From contig NC_045138.2 of the NCBI RefSeq assembly GCF_008831285.2, forward strand, positions 23,932,001 to 23,996,000: DNA of 64,000 bases, read 5' to 3'. Every line of letters starts with the position of its first letter. Positions within the stretch are counted from its first letter, which is position 1. This DNA comes from Nymphaea colorata. Its lineage: Eukaryota. Made by a program: the position numbers and the translations under genes. Shown in pieces: positions 38,573 through 52,700 of the stretch. The notes beneath the pieces are model-generated. The model was not told where the DNA came from. It searched no databases and saw nothing but the letters and a program-made list of their open reading frames with translations.

Positions 38573-40172
38573 CAGAAATATAACAGTATCATCACTGGAG
38601 TCTCTCTCTTACACACATGCACGCGACTAAAGCTATTGCCAATTTATTCTTTTATTTGGAAAATAAAAGAAAACGAGCCATCCCTTCGATGATTAAATTT
38701 TCATTTTTCTTTCCAATTGATCTGTCCTGAAATCAATTTTGTCTTAGTAGTTTAAGTTTAAATGTAACTTTGCATTTCTATTTAGCATTTTGCTTGGTAC
38801 TTGCAGTTTTATTGCAAACTGTCAATCTATGTCACACGGTACCCGCATGGTACCGGTACGACACCAGTACCGGTACGGGTACGGTGGTGGGTATGCTTGG
38901 GGTGCGGCGTTGACCGCACCAGGTTCGGTCAACACACCCAAGCCTATTTCCGACCGTTTTCAGACTCAGTCAAAGTTGACCGAGTCTAAAGTTGTCCGTT
39001 TAAAATGTTATAGTTCTTTTCATTTTAACGTTTTAAACCATTGTAACGTTAAATTTTTCGAAACCCTTTTTCCCTTTTTCGTTTTGTTTCGTTTCATTGC
39101 TTCTTCTCTCACCGACGAAGGCAGGGGCGACCGATGAAGGCAGGGACGGCGACCGGCGACTATAGGCGATGAACGGCAATGGAAGGTGGCGACGGCAGGC
39201 AGCGACCGGCAACAGCAGGCAGCGACCAGCGACAGAAGGTGGCGACGACAGGCAACGACTAGCAACGGTTGGCGGCGAACGGCGACGGTATTTGCTTCTT
39301 TTCATCTTTTCACCACCGACGGCGACAGCGCTTTTCACCGGCTGAGCCTTCTATCATCTTATTTTTTCTGAATCCTCTTTTCCGTTCATTGCAGTCAGTT
39401 CCCTCTGTTTTTGTTTGGTTTTTTTTTCTGTTCCTTCTTTTGTTTGTAATGTAAAAATCTCTGTGTTTCTTTTGTTTGTGCTTTTGCTTCTGTTATCGGC
39501 ACATTTATTGATCTCTCATCTCTCCGACCATCACTCACCAATCACCACCCACAACCTCAGCCGGTGAAAAGTGGCTCTCCCCACTCCGTTGTTGCCCACC
39601 ATCTGTTGCCACACACTTTCAGCGCAAATCCGCACTTGCACATTGCCTCTAGTCTGTGAATGAATGAACGAATCACTATTAATCTACCCACCATCACTGT
39701 GCATGTGAACATCTGCCTTTGTCTGCATCTCTGTGAATCTCCGCTGCATACTTGGATCAGTTAGCTGTCGATCATTGCTTGGTGTCTCTATCCTTTTCAT
39801 TAGGGCTTTCGATTTGTCCCTTTAATTGGCAGAATTGGGGGTCTTGATTGCTATCTCCGTTGTATTCTTTTGATTAGGGCTTTCGATCGTTGCTTAATTG
39901 GCACTTTGAGAGCCTATTAACTTCTCAGATATCTTCTAGTTATGCTTTTGTCCTTCTATGTCTGTTATCAAGATTCTTATGCATTATGTTATCTTGCTAG
40001 GAGAATGAGAATCAAGAAAGCTGATGTATTTTGTATGTTAATTATGCGACTGAGGAGAATGAGAATCAAGAAAGTTGATGTATTTTGTATGTTATTTATG
40101 CGACTGAGGAGAATGAGAATCAAGACTAATAAATTTTGGATCATGATTTATGAATATGTTATTCTGTTTGTA

Positions 40173-40232
<60 letters not shown>

Positions 40233-43200
40233 TATACATGTGTGTACGGCTGTACCCCCATACCTAAGTTTTTTGAAAATGGTCCGTACCCATGTGACAT
40301 AGCTGTCAATTGATTTCAGTCTGCATGAAGTCAACTCGCCTGTGACCTTATTGTGTGCCTGTGGGTGGACCATGGCATTTTATGTCTGGGTAACTTTGGT
40401 ACGTTAGTCAGTATGTTCATTACTTTATGTTTTATAAATTATGAATCATGAATACATTGTTTTGTTGGTTTCTTTAAGATCTTACATATATATAAAGCTA
40501 AAACGGAACCATTATCTGGTAGAATCAGAAGTTCTTTACAATTTTGTGATCATGCAGATGGGAGGACTTAAGCTACTCATATTCTCTTGAAGATATTCAC
40601 TGTAAACTGTAGACATAAGATAAAGTACTTACAATAAGCCCAAGTGGCCTAGTTTGATCGGTCGTCTTCAAAGGATCATCTGGATCTGCATAGAAAATCA
40701 TTCTTGTAAATATTTCAGTCCATTAACATTTTTTATGCCCAAGAAAGATCTTAGCATGACATGTCTGCTTATCACTTTGCCGATCGAAGTGAGTTAGCAA
40801 TTCCTGTTCGTACTTGCGCATGGCATCATAATCTTGAGAGCTAAGCTAGTAATGCCAGCTCCAATTTCCAAACTCCTACACGACAACTTACTATGGAAGG
40901 CCATGTACAACTAATTGGTGGCATAGAGTGTAATTTACATTAGCTTACATATATCATGAGGTTCTTATTTTTTTCCATAATTATTATGTTCTGACTTGTA
41001 CCTCGCAAGAACTCAACTGCTCCATCCAGCACAAGGTTTAGCAGCTGATCATACCCTTTCAAAGTGCCCACAACTGCAAGGAAAAGCAAACTCAGTCTCT
41101 CTACCATCAGTTGGGAAAGCATGATTTCAGACAAGAATCTACAAATACAGCCCATAGAATCCAAGAACCAAAGCAACATCACTACAGAAGCTCTGAACAT
41201 ATGGAGTTACGCTTCTAAACCATAAAGTAACAATGATCACCATTATTGTCAATTTCAAACTTGATGATAATTTTCTGTATGACTGAAAATCAGAAATTGG
41301 ATTCTGAACAATCTATGGTATATTCCCAAGGAGCAAAATTATCCATATTAATTTGCAGTTAATATTACCGAACGACATCAGTATAACTGATGCTATCATA
41401 TACTGTTCTAACTTCTAACTAATTTTCTTGCAAGAAACAAGTCATCCAATTTTTTTCATTTTTAGAAAATTCCAAGATTTTCCCCAAGGTATAGACATTT
41501 TTTATTTTTCAGAAAATAATAGGTAAAACCTTTACCAAAAAAAAATGTTGAAATGGTATTGGTGAATATGATTAAGTAAAATCTCACAGTTCAAGCACAC
41601 AGGATGAATAATGGATTACTTGTGGCTTGTCGACCAAGAACCAAATTTAACATTTTATTTTTCACATAAAAACATGAATATTCTCCCTTGCAACTTTGGG
41701 TTATCATGACTCATGATTCATGACCCACTGACCTTTATCTCCCTTAAAGTTCCTTTGAACACATTGTAGTGGCACAATTGAATATTCAATAATTTAAGTT
41801 GAGAGATGCACTAACTTTATGCAGATGACAATTTAAGTTGCAGAAAATGCAATCCACATTTCACAGAAAATGAAATCTAAATTTCACTGTGATAGCACTA
41901 ACCTTGTCTTCCGCCAGTAAGCTTGACCTGGACACCTTTGTCAACAAACTTTGCCAAGTCTAGAACTGTTTCTTTTCTGCCTGACTGATGGAATAAGACC
42001 AAGAAAAGACCAATTAACAGCAAAGCTCAGCAAAGCCAACAAACATCTCCCTAGTTTCTTGATATTACTCCTGTACTTTTGGATTTACCACTTGCTCAAA
42101 TGAACTACAGCACTTGTGGCAGCCAGTTTCACACTGACAGCAGTTCAGACATGCATTGATCATTTGTCCCATGGATGCATTGTCACAGATCTCTCTCTCG
42201 CTTGCTCTCTCTTGCTAGATATGCATATCCATACACACTGCTGCAATCATCGAATGCTCGCAAATGCAGTCATTTTTTATAAAATTGGAGTACTCTTCCC
42301 ACAACATAGGGAGAAGCCAATGGTACCTTATGGCTTTTTCTTAAAGACAAAGAGGAAACAAAGGAAATTCAAAAAGGAAAAAAAAAAAAGCAAGAGAAGG
42401 TTATCTGCTGTTTTCAGAACAATCCAAGATTTGTCACTGAGGAGCCGCAGGTTTTAAACAAAAAACAAGAAACAGAAAAGGGTGTTCGAGTTCAATATAA
42501 GAGAAAGCAAAGAAGAAAAGGAGAAGCATTTATTGTTGCAGACTGGGGACTTAAGGAAGGTTTTCAATCATACTTTTTCATGTTAAAAAGTCATGCCTGG
42601 CTTCTTTAGCAAATCCACTAAAACAAAAGCCTAATGTTTAAAAAATAAAACAAAGGCAAGCACTTAATGTTCCAAAGTCCAAACTGACCTAATCAAAGAA
42701 ATCTTAATGGTCCATGTTGTTAGCCAGTTCTCATATTCATTCTTTCTATCTTAAATTTAAAAATTATGCATTATTCTTTTTTTATGTAAAGAAGGCCATT
42801 TTCTAAATGAATATTTAAGCAAACCTACTTTCAAAATTAATACCCTTGAATACAGTGGTAAATTCAGGAATGAAAAGTGTCCACTTTAGATAAGAAAATC
42901 ATTTGCATTCATTTAAGGAAGATTTGAAACTTAAACTACAAAAATGATTCTAGACATTAATATAGAACATTTTCGGCAAGTGGCTAAACTGAACATTTTA
43001 AAGTATATCAAATTCAATTTACAACAAGTTTCATATATGTGACAGCTTTATCAAATGTAAACTTATGAGAATACTAAACATGTAATCTTCTAATATAAAT
43101 CATATGAACTTTATTCACTTTGATTGGCGTGAATAGCATACAATTGAAGGCAAAAAAACTCTAATCTAATATTTGGTAATGCATAATATAAATCTATGCT

Positions 43201-43868
43201 GGCTGGGCAGCATAACTAAAGTACACCTGAATTAGAAGATCACTTGAAAGTTTAAGCTAAAAAAGGTAACCCACGAGACTAAGCAGGAGAATCCACTAGA
43301 CGTCATATAGACCAAAAACTTGAAGTCTTTACTGAACAATGGAAATAAAGGAGATATCTAAATCGAATTTCTTTTGAAACTTTTACTGCACCCATTGGGA
43401 TTTTATACCCTCCCTAGCAAGCACACATACACATAAATTTTCTGGTTCCAACTTCCACCATTGAAATGAATCCAAACTCGACATCCCAAGAAGATATTCA
43501 TTTCTGATCTCCATGTGCCTCAACCAGGCATATATCTCAGAAACACAAGAAAAACAACCCTAAAGCTCTACTAAGTAACATCAAAATGAATATCTGGATT
43601 GGATTCTGGGAATCACTTGAATGGTACAAACTTGAACAACAAGTCATGGAGTCACATGCATCCAAGTTTAGAATTCCCAAAAGAAGGAGAGCAAAGTACC
43701 AAGGAAAATCAGTTGACAGAAAAAGATAGCTAAACTTAGGTATGACAGGGCTTTAAGACCCTCGGCTGAGGCCCCTTAAGGGATGCCCTGAAATATATGT
43801 ATAGAACATAAACATTTCACTAATCAAATACTTGGGAGTTTAGAGTGCAACCAATTCTGATTTACCAT
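36241..43868 (-). CDS. LSM7: Sm-like protein LSM7 (U6 snRNP LSM2-8 and decapping LSM1-7 complexes), 99 aa, five coding exons
   Basis: Exons (minus): 43868-43866 (ATG only, inferred), 41984-41903 SGRKETVLDLAKFVDKGVQVKLTGGRQ, 41073-41002 VVGTLKGYDQLLNLVLDGAVEFLR, 40685-40633 DPDDPLKTTDQTRPLGLI, 36330-36241 VCRGTAVMLVSPTDGTDEIANPFIQPDGA*. All introns are GT-AG and phase-consistent. Confidence 0.95.
37630..38570. repeat. Three head-to-tail ~295-bp repeats, each ending in (AT)n, in the last LSM7 intron
   Basis: Units start aaataccc at about 37713, 38006 and 38305. They share catctgacgtca, cactgatgac.ttcttccactg.cagccac and gccgcattcatcagcat.gctgaata. A partial fourth copy lies at ~37630. Confidence 0.9.
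38827..40302. mobile_element. Non-autonomous hAT element in the last LSM7 intron
   Basis: TIRs ctatgtcacacggtac / gtacccatgtgacatag, with a perfect 8-bp TSD CTGTCAAT (38819-38826 and 40303-40310) and subterminal gtacc/ggtac repeats. Confidence 0.92.
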
Positions 43869-46686
43869 CTTCTAATATCTTCTTTCTTCCTCAGGAAATA
43901 AAGGACATCGATGAAATCAAAACAATCACTCAAACACCTGCAGATGAATTTTAGCAAGAGAAAAAATAAATATACCAATATCACAAATTCCCTAAATACT
44001 ATATGACTAAGAAAGATTTTAGCCCAAATATATCAGAACTGATAAAAAAACAAGTGGATTGATATATGAAAGCACCCTTCCATTAAAAAGAAAAAGGAAA
44101 GAAACAAGGGAAAAAGGGACCTTGTTTTAATGTAAAATAGAAAAGGCTAGATGTTAGGATTTAGGACAGATTTTGTTCTGACCTGAGATCCTTAGTTTGC
44201 CAAACTCTATATTCTGAAGTGAAACCTCTGACACATCTATTTCCTGAATTTAAGATCTCTGGCTCTCAATAACAGCCTCAAAGTTCTGATAACACCCATA
44301 CCAAAGCATTTGTCTAAAGCAAAATCTGATCAAGATAACTGAGAAACTGAACCACAATCCAGACTAGAACCCCACTGCCAGCCAGAAGACTTAAATCTGG
44401 TTGATCTTGAGCTGCAAATATTCTAGTGAAAAACCAGAGCACAACAAATTGCAGAAACAGCAGAGACCATAGAAAAACACATGAATTTGTAATTAGCGAG
44501 CCCTCATCTATGCGTCCATGTCCAAAGAAAGCTAAACAGAGTGGATCTGGCCAGTGCGGACTGTGCCACTCAAAGTCTATTCCACTCCCTCTGGGTGAGA
44601 CCTGCCTATAGTATAAACTGTTGTCACAAATATCATTCTCGCATTTCTAGAGGCAAGATTTTTCTTAGGTATTTTTTAACAACGTTGTTTTTCTCAAGAA
44701 AAACTCGGAAGACTTTAAAAATAAAAATTAGACAAAAATGAAATAAATCAGGAAAAAAACATAAATAAAACTAGATAAAAGTGACAAAAAGAGATGTTTT
44801 AACTTTTAATAATGACAAAAAATGATGAAAAATAATTTAATTTCAGTTTAAATTTGAATCCATGATGATATCAATGTTTAAGAAGAGAAAAACGAAAAAA
44901 TTGGGAAAAACATAAAAAATACACAAAAAATACATTTTCATGTTTTTTTTCAAAATATTTTGATTTTTCACAGTTTTCCTGTTTTTCTTATTTTTCTCGT
45001 TGATATCTTGGTATTTTCAAAAATATCATGATATCTTAAACCACTGCCACAAATATCATTCTTGGGAAAATATCAGCAACATTTTCTTGGGTATTTTTCA
45101 GCAAAGTTGTTTTCCTTCTTTTAACTCTCTTTCTTTGTGTGTTGGGTGGAACCGTGTGTGCGTGTGTGTGTGTTTGGGGGGGGGGGGGGGGGGGGGGGTG
45201 TTGTTGGCGGTAGGGTGGGAGCACAGGTAGTGGTTGTGTCTGTGACTCTGTGTACTGGTCGTGGTTAACATGTTGTGCTAAAAGGAGTCTTGTCTGTAGT
45301 AGTAACTTACAATATAGATTAGAGAGACATATCTTATGATATGTGCCATATCTATTAAGAAATATGATACAATACACCAGTTGTATCTTAAAATGTAGTG
45401 CATCTTATAGATATCTTATGATATATACCTCGTGTCTTAGGATACAGGATGATACGTACTATGTCATGTGATACAAGTTGAAGGTCAACAAGCGGAAATG
45501 GGTGTTAGAGCCCTTTTCTAATTGGGTTTCCTAAACCTTTCCTCGCCTCATTCATAAACGTTTTTAGGATTTGAAGGAGGGGAGTTCTTGCTTCTTTCAA
45601 GGAGAAACTGCCAACTTGAGGGACGAAATGTCGACTTGAGGGAAAATGCCCATTTGAAAGGGAGTCTGGACATGTCAACAAGGATATTCAATTTGAAAAA
45701 GATGATGTAAGTGATAATGAGAATGATGATGAATGATCATGATGATATTTTCATCTGTGATATTGTGAAGTATAATACTTTGAACTTATTTCTTGATGCG
45801 TTATGGCTCATGACATTAAATTATGTTATATACAAAATGTAAATTGATGAATGTTGATACCCATATAAGCTTATATCTATGTATTACATGTGTTTTATAA
45901 AAAAAATATTTTTCTTCATGTTTCCTTATTACACTATTTTTCTTGCTTTTGATTTTTTGAATCAAAAAATAAATTAACAATTATGTTTATGATATGTTGC
46001 AATACGTGACAATGTAATGCACGTATTAGCCCGACTGATAGAGGTCATGATACATACTTTTGCAACATTGGATTGAAGTCTCCCTCACGGCATGTACAAA
46101 AAATTGCATATATGCATATACACATTATGTTATGTTCCTAAGAATATTGATAAAAATATTCATCACAGATTAATAACATTGACATTATATGAAAGCATTA
46201 GGTGGTTGAATAATAAAACCACACATATCACAGATTGATAATAGAGACATTATATAAGGAAAACAATCTGACGGTTGATTAATAATAAACAGACAAAGGG
46301 GCAGCTTCAGCAAGCAGCCGTTTCATGCAAGAAAAAAAACATGGAAAGTCAAAAGTGGAAATCGAATCTAGTTGCTTTCTCCACCTTATTCGTCAATCAG
46401 AGTATATAAAACTTGATTCTATCAAATTTTCATCCTAAAGCACTAGCAACCTCACAGAAAGAAGGTCCACATTTCTGGCATCTCCATGGAGTTCATCAGA
46501 TTTCAGGGATGATTTTTTTGCCAAAGTTTAATTCTTCTTAGAGAGGGAGAGAGTGAAAACATAGACAAAAAGACACCCTTATTCTCGACAGACAAAGAGA
46601 ACACCTCAGACCCGAATACTAGTCCTAACCACAGACACAAACAAAAGGAAAGAGAGAGGAGTGGCAAAGGGTGATCAGATTCTTAC

Positions 46687-46900
46687 CAAGGAAAGAATCA
46701 GAGAGAGGAAGAGGAGAAGAATGAACTCTTATCACAAAAGAGAGAGAGAGAGAGGTATAAAGAACCTGGCGACCTGGTGGATGGTGCTACACTACTACAT
46801 CCTGATGTTGTGGCGTTGAGGGGCTTCGCCGGTGCATGGATGGTGAACAGGGACAACACAGGCGTGATGGCAAAGCAGCCCTAACAGAAAAAAAAGAAAT
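46687..46900 (-). promoter_or_regulatory. Putative LSM7 non-coding first exon and core promoter
   Basis: CT-rich on the minus strand, with a donor ttg|gtaaga at 46686, a telo-box-like gccctaa at ~46878 and a local rise in GC. It would splice to the acceptor ctgcag before 43937. Confidence 0.45.
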
Positions 46901-49750
46901 TTGTGGATTTTAGTCGCACCTCTCATGGTGCGACTTGAATTCATTTCCTGGATCCGCCAGACTTATCTGGCCTTTTTTTTTTCCAGCATCTATAGGATGC
47001 CAAAATTTTTTTGAAAAAAATGTATTTGGAGAAATTGTTTTGAAAAAAATGTATTTGGAGTGAAATCCATGCAATCAAACATGCCCGAGTCACTCGAACG
47101 AGTCATGGCATCAAAGACTTGACTCATCCACTTTGTTGGGTTAATTTGTAATTGTTTATAATGTATACTTCGAAGAAGTTAAAGTTTATCGAGATTCCAT
47201 GTTTGATTTTAAGCAACTACGTTGGGCTAAGTCATAAATTTTTATAGTTTACTTTTCTGTGAATAGATGAAGAAGGTAAGTATCAGGATTTCATGTTTGA
47301 ATTTTTCATTAGAAAATGAAATAACAACACAAATGTTTTTGTATATTTAGAAAAGTTTGTGATATTTTACAAAAAAAAAAACTTCAATATTCAAATGCAC
47401 GACAAAAAAGAAACATCTACTTAGTTAACAATCTAACTGACTTGGCGGGCCCTTTACTTATACTTAAGTTAGGAACTTAGGATCAAATGACCTGATACGT
47501 AGAAGTAGATCTTATTCATAACGTTGGATACAAAGCATAATTTATTAAAAATAAACAAAAAGTTGGTGCAGGAGAAACATGCAAAAGGTGTATGTTTAAA
47601 TAAACTAATATGTTTTTTGATCATCCAGGCCACGTAGAAATAATCCACGTGCATTTTTCTAGTAGAAAAACAAGCTTAACCTTTAATATTTTGGAAAACC
47701 AAAATAGCTCTTGTTTAAAATTTTAGGATCTCAAAAGTCATGTTTATGTTTTAAATGATGATATCATCTAAAACATCGTCTCCAATTACGTGATTGTGTT
47801 GAATATATACATGAGGTCTAGTTGTAACAATTATGTTAAATGCATACTATAGTTTCACAACATCGGTCTAGGCACTCTAGATCAAGTACGGTAGCATTCA
47901 GAGCTAATGAGATTGTGAATGAAGTAAACAGGAAGTATATACTATCTACTATATACATATATAAATTATAAATTGTTATAATCAACTTGACATATCACAA
48001 AGTGTTACGGTATAACATTCTAAAGTGACTCAATGTAAACCATAAATTAAGTTCAATGAACAGGTTATATCACTATATGTAATTAGCGCACATAGTTCTC
48101 ACATTTATTCAGTCTACATTTTTCATGTGCCACAAGTTCACTTTTTGGACTCTACGATGTCAAAGGTTGCTTCAAGCCAACCATCATGCAGTACTCATCT
48201 GATGTAGCAGAAACTTCTATTCATCTGACGTAGCAGAAACTTCTATTCTGGAATAAATGAGAGTGCTCCCTAAGCATTTGGGAGATCATCGTTCCTCAGC
48301 CATTGACAAGCAATGGCCTTGAGAGTACTCTATTAGAATACACAATTCCTTCAAACAGCCACATAACCACACAAGCAAATTATAATGAAAACTCACTTGG
48401 GAGGATGTCTTAAACTAATGCCACGATTGTTACGATCTTCAAAAGAAATTAAAATAACACAACAATCAGCCATCCTCAAGTTTCTATCGACCATTAATTA
48501 ATTCCATAGGAGGAAACTTCATAAGCCCGTCCCTATATCACTAAGATGAAACTTGAAGAGAGAGATAGAGTCTGTGACTTATAGGAACTCAATGAGCAAC
48601 TGTAGGTGGATATCGGAACCATGGTGAAGCTTACACACACACACAGAGACACTATATATATTCACAACTATGTTTACGGGCAAGAAACACTGGATTCACC
48701 GAATTCAAAGTATGCAGGTTGTCTGTTCTATGTGTTGGATGATGCACAACGTTCGTTATTTAGCTGCTGCAACAGTAAATAACGATGCATAATCAACAAG
48801 AAAAAGACTCGAACTTGCTGGAAAATACAGAAACCGACAGCAACAACATGAAACAACACTGTAGCTCTTGTTATTCTACCCTAATCAACAAGACAACAGA
48901 AAAATCTACAACTTAAACATGCAAGACGTAAAATGCCCAAATAGATTAAACGACCTAATCTCTAATTTAACAGAAATGCACAGAAATCAGCAATGTGGGT
49001 GTTTGAAAATACGGAAATCCTACTATAGACGGAGAGAACACACAAAAAGTGCCTGAAATCTACACGAAAATGCATAAAAATGAGAAAAACCAACCTAGAA
49101 TGGGTGCAGGTCCTTTTGAATCCCGATTTCAATCAAACGCCCGGTGCCTAGAATCCTCTTCGAGGCTCCTCCTCTCTTCTTCGTTCTGGGTTCTAGGTTT
49201 GAGAAGGTGAGGAGGAGAAGGAGCTGGGTCACGAGTCGGGGAGGTGGCCGGAATCGAGTTGTGTCGCCTAGGATCGCCGGAAAGTCCTTTTCCCTACCCG
49301 GCGTCACCAGGACCAAAAAAAGAGTCAGCTCCTCGCCTCTAGAAACTTCACGAGTTAGGGCTTCAGCAATTTTTATTTTTCTTCTCAAAAACCCATCCAA
49401 TTAACATTCGATTTTCACTAAAGCCATCTTATTTCATTTCTTTTCTAAACAACTGATCTAAGTTTTTTACTTTTAGGTGAGGTGAGAGAGAGGTTATCCC
49501 AAAGATCGAAACCCCAAAAAAATCTGTTTGTGCAGAAAGACAACTTAATAAACCAAAAAATAGCACAAAAAGATAGTCCCCATGAAAACACCAGCAAGAG
49601 GAGGCTTCATTAACCTCATCTGCCATTTGAAAATCCGCAAGCAAAATCAGCTATAATGCAAGGAAGCAATAAGAAAAGAACCCCAGCAATGGAAACTTTG
49701 CAATAGCAAAGCTCTGACTTTCACCGTACGAACGCCCTAAGTTGGCAGCA

Positions 49751-52700
49751 TGGTAGGGTCTGCCCTAATGCGGCCACGAAAACCTCCAAAAAGCCATCGA
49801 GACCCTCTCCAAGATCTAGGAGGATGTTGCCGATATAGGGTTTAAAAATTAATTACAAGAGTGGTTCCCGCCGGACAGCAACCCCGGCTCAAATGTAGGT
49901 CAAGATTTTATAAGTATGGCTTCCCCAACCCCAGCTTGAACCTACTACAAGAATCTAGAATGGATGTGAGGCTTAATACAAAGCGGAGCGATACCTCAAA
50001 CACTCATCTCACTCATCATACACCCAAACCATTCAAACCACCCTGTCATACAATCCCTATGCGAATCAAACCACACCCTTATCCTTAGGTGGTCCACAAT
50101 CTGGAAATCGTGTCCTTGGCAAGGTGCCTTGGAGGGATTCCAGCCGGTTGTCAATGCCAAAGGCAGGATAGAAAGCAATACACCCTTCCCCGGATCTATA
50201 GGGTGATCCGAATTTTTACCTCCCAAGGCCTCGTTTGGGGACTCCTCGAGCTTCACCAAAGGGGATGACCGGCAGCAAGGAGGCTGCTCCCTTTGGTATT
50301 TTCAGCAACGTCCACCTCTCGCCGAGTAGAACTCCTCCTTGGGCAGAATTAGACAAGAGAGAATCAAGTTCTACTTGTTAGAATAAGGAGAGGAGAGTAG
50401 GTGGATCTAGTCACCCGATAGGAATCGGACCCTTTGTTGATTTATGTAATGAAGGGGGAGGCAATCGCCAATGTCTCTTGGCGGACGCGGTTCCTTCTCT
50501 CCTTGGGCTCCAATCTCCCACGGGTAGAGGTTGAGCCCACGTTCCTCTTGCTGGAAATTAAGATTTGAAAAGCAAGACCAGCAAGTATCAAGTATAGAAG
50601 TGAAAAGGAAATCAACTTCTAATAGAGGAAAGCCTTCACCCGTAAGACCAATTCAACCCCGGTCTTTTGTATTGAGAGGGGGAGGCGATCGCCGGTGCAC
50701 CGGCAGACGTTGAGGCAATCCTCAAGTTACGCTCCTTCTCCTTTTTTCTTCTCCGGCGGATGTGGAATCTCCAGCGAGGTATGTTAGTCGGAATCTGGCC
50801 GGTTCTTCCTTGACGTTCTCGGCTCCTCGCTTGACTCACGCCTTCTCCAAGTGAACTCATTCCTCTTCACACGAGCTGGGATGAAGAGGCTTCCCAAATG
50901 TGGCGCAAATCACCTCCTAAGATCGTGGAGGAAATCCCCTTTATTCGTGCATGAGAATCCCCCAAGGATGCACCGAAATCTTGCCTTGATTAGGAAACGT
51001 CTAGGTACAATGCGCCTAGCCTCCACGAGCTAGCCTTTCCTATTTCGTTGGAGAGGAAATAGGAACGAGATCCCCGCAAGATTGACGAGGGCCTCGTTCG
51101 TCGCCACGTATAGGATATAGATTGACCAAGGATCTCCCAAGATTGACGAGATTCTGCCCTCAATGGAAGGCGCCTAGATACAATGTATCCAGCCGCAGTC
51201 TCTACCCCTTTCCTATCTCGTTGGAGGAGAAATAGGAAAGAGATTTCGCACAAGGGAGGGCAAGATTTCCTTCTCCACGTGGCGCGCTCCTAGGACGCCA
51301 CCCGGCCTGCTCACTTAGGTAAGTGTCTAGGTACAATGTACCCAAATCGCGCCAAATGCCCCTTTCCCTAATCAGTAGGGACAGATTAGGAAAGGGCCAC
51401 CTTCCTCCTTGGTGCAGGAGACACTTGGCGCCCGTTCCAAATACCACGAGTGTCCTTCCACTTCCGTCGCCAAATGTTTGACCGCATTTGACCTTGCTAA
51501 ACACGAATTAATTCAAGTAAAATCGAGATATAGCAAGGGCAGACTTGGAACTGATTACCCAAAAGTTGGTTCTGGCCGGAAGTCACCGGAGCTGGCCGGA
51601 AATTAACCGGAAGTCTGATCTACTCCATGAAAACCGGCAAGCAGTCCTTCAACGTCTAGAACTTGCAGTCGATGATGCACTAGACAAATGATGTCTAAAT
51701 ACCTTGATTTTTGGATATGTTGTAGAACTTTTAATTACGAATCCAACGGTATATGGATCGCCTGAAAACTCCACCGGAATCACCAGAAACAGCCTCTGCA
51801 AGTGGCGGTTCTGCGGCGGACTGCGCCTGAGCGGCGGAGGCGGAAACGGCGAACTTCAGCGGTAGATTTGACCGGTGCGCCCTGGTCCGATCCGGCTGAA
51901 ATTTTAGTATGTTGTACCTGAGGATGATAGCTTTCCAACAAGCTATAGATCGCCTCAAAACTCCCAGTAAATCTCCTGATACAGCTGTTTTAACAGAAGT
52001 GGTTTCTGACGCGCCCTTCGGAAATCCGAGAGTCGCCTCTTCCGCGCTTCTCCTTCTTTCCCTCCGCGATGGCGCTCTTTCCTTCCGCGGACTTTCTCCT
52101 TCCTCGCCCTAGCCTTCTCCTTTTGGTCCAGAACTCGTATAGAGACTAGAGACACCTCACCTATCTCAGATTCAACAGAATATTACCAGGATTTAGGCTG
52201 CTGGAAGAACTCCAGCCAGATGCTCCCGATCGTCCTCAAGTCGTCTCCAAGGTAGGTCTTCTTCTCCACGCGATGCCGCTGGTCCAGACCTAGTTATACG
52301 AGGAGTTTATCCCCCGAATGCAAGGCTTGGGCCTGCGTTGATGTTGCGGTTAAGGGAGAACCGAGATCCCATCCAACAAGTACTAGGAAGATCGGAATAC
52401 TTAGCTCACGATGAGAAACTCGCCGGATGTCGATGTTGAAGAAGACGAGCCAGAACCACGGGCGGCGCCTCCTTCAACTTCCTCTAATGCAGCCACCTCT
52501 CAACTCCTTCGTGATCAAGGAGAAGGCACGGCTGCCTATCCAAGGATCTCTTGATTCGGAACGATGCAAATCCAAGCTGTCAATGGCTGCCGGCGGCCAT
52601 TAACGGAGCTTGAATCTCCACTAATCTCACGGCTTGGTGAGCATTGCAATGTAGTGCTTCCATGGAAGCCACGACCTAAGGTCCAAGGGACTCCTCACAC

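Noticed and set aside
41019..41024. LSM7 DGAVE instead of the common plant DEAVE as a sign of pseudogenisation
   Set aside because: Gly occurs at this position in human LSM7, and all splice sites and frames are intact.
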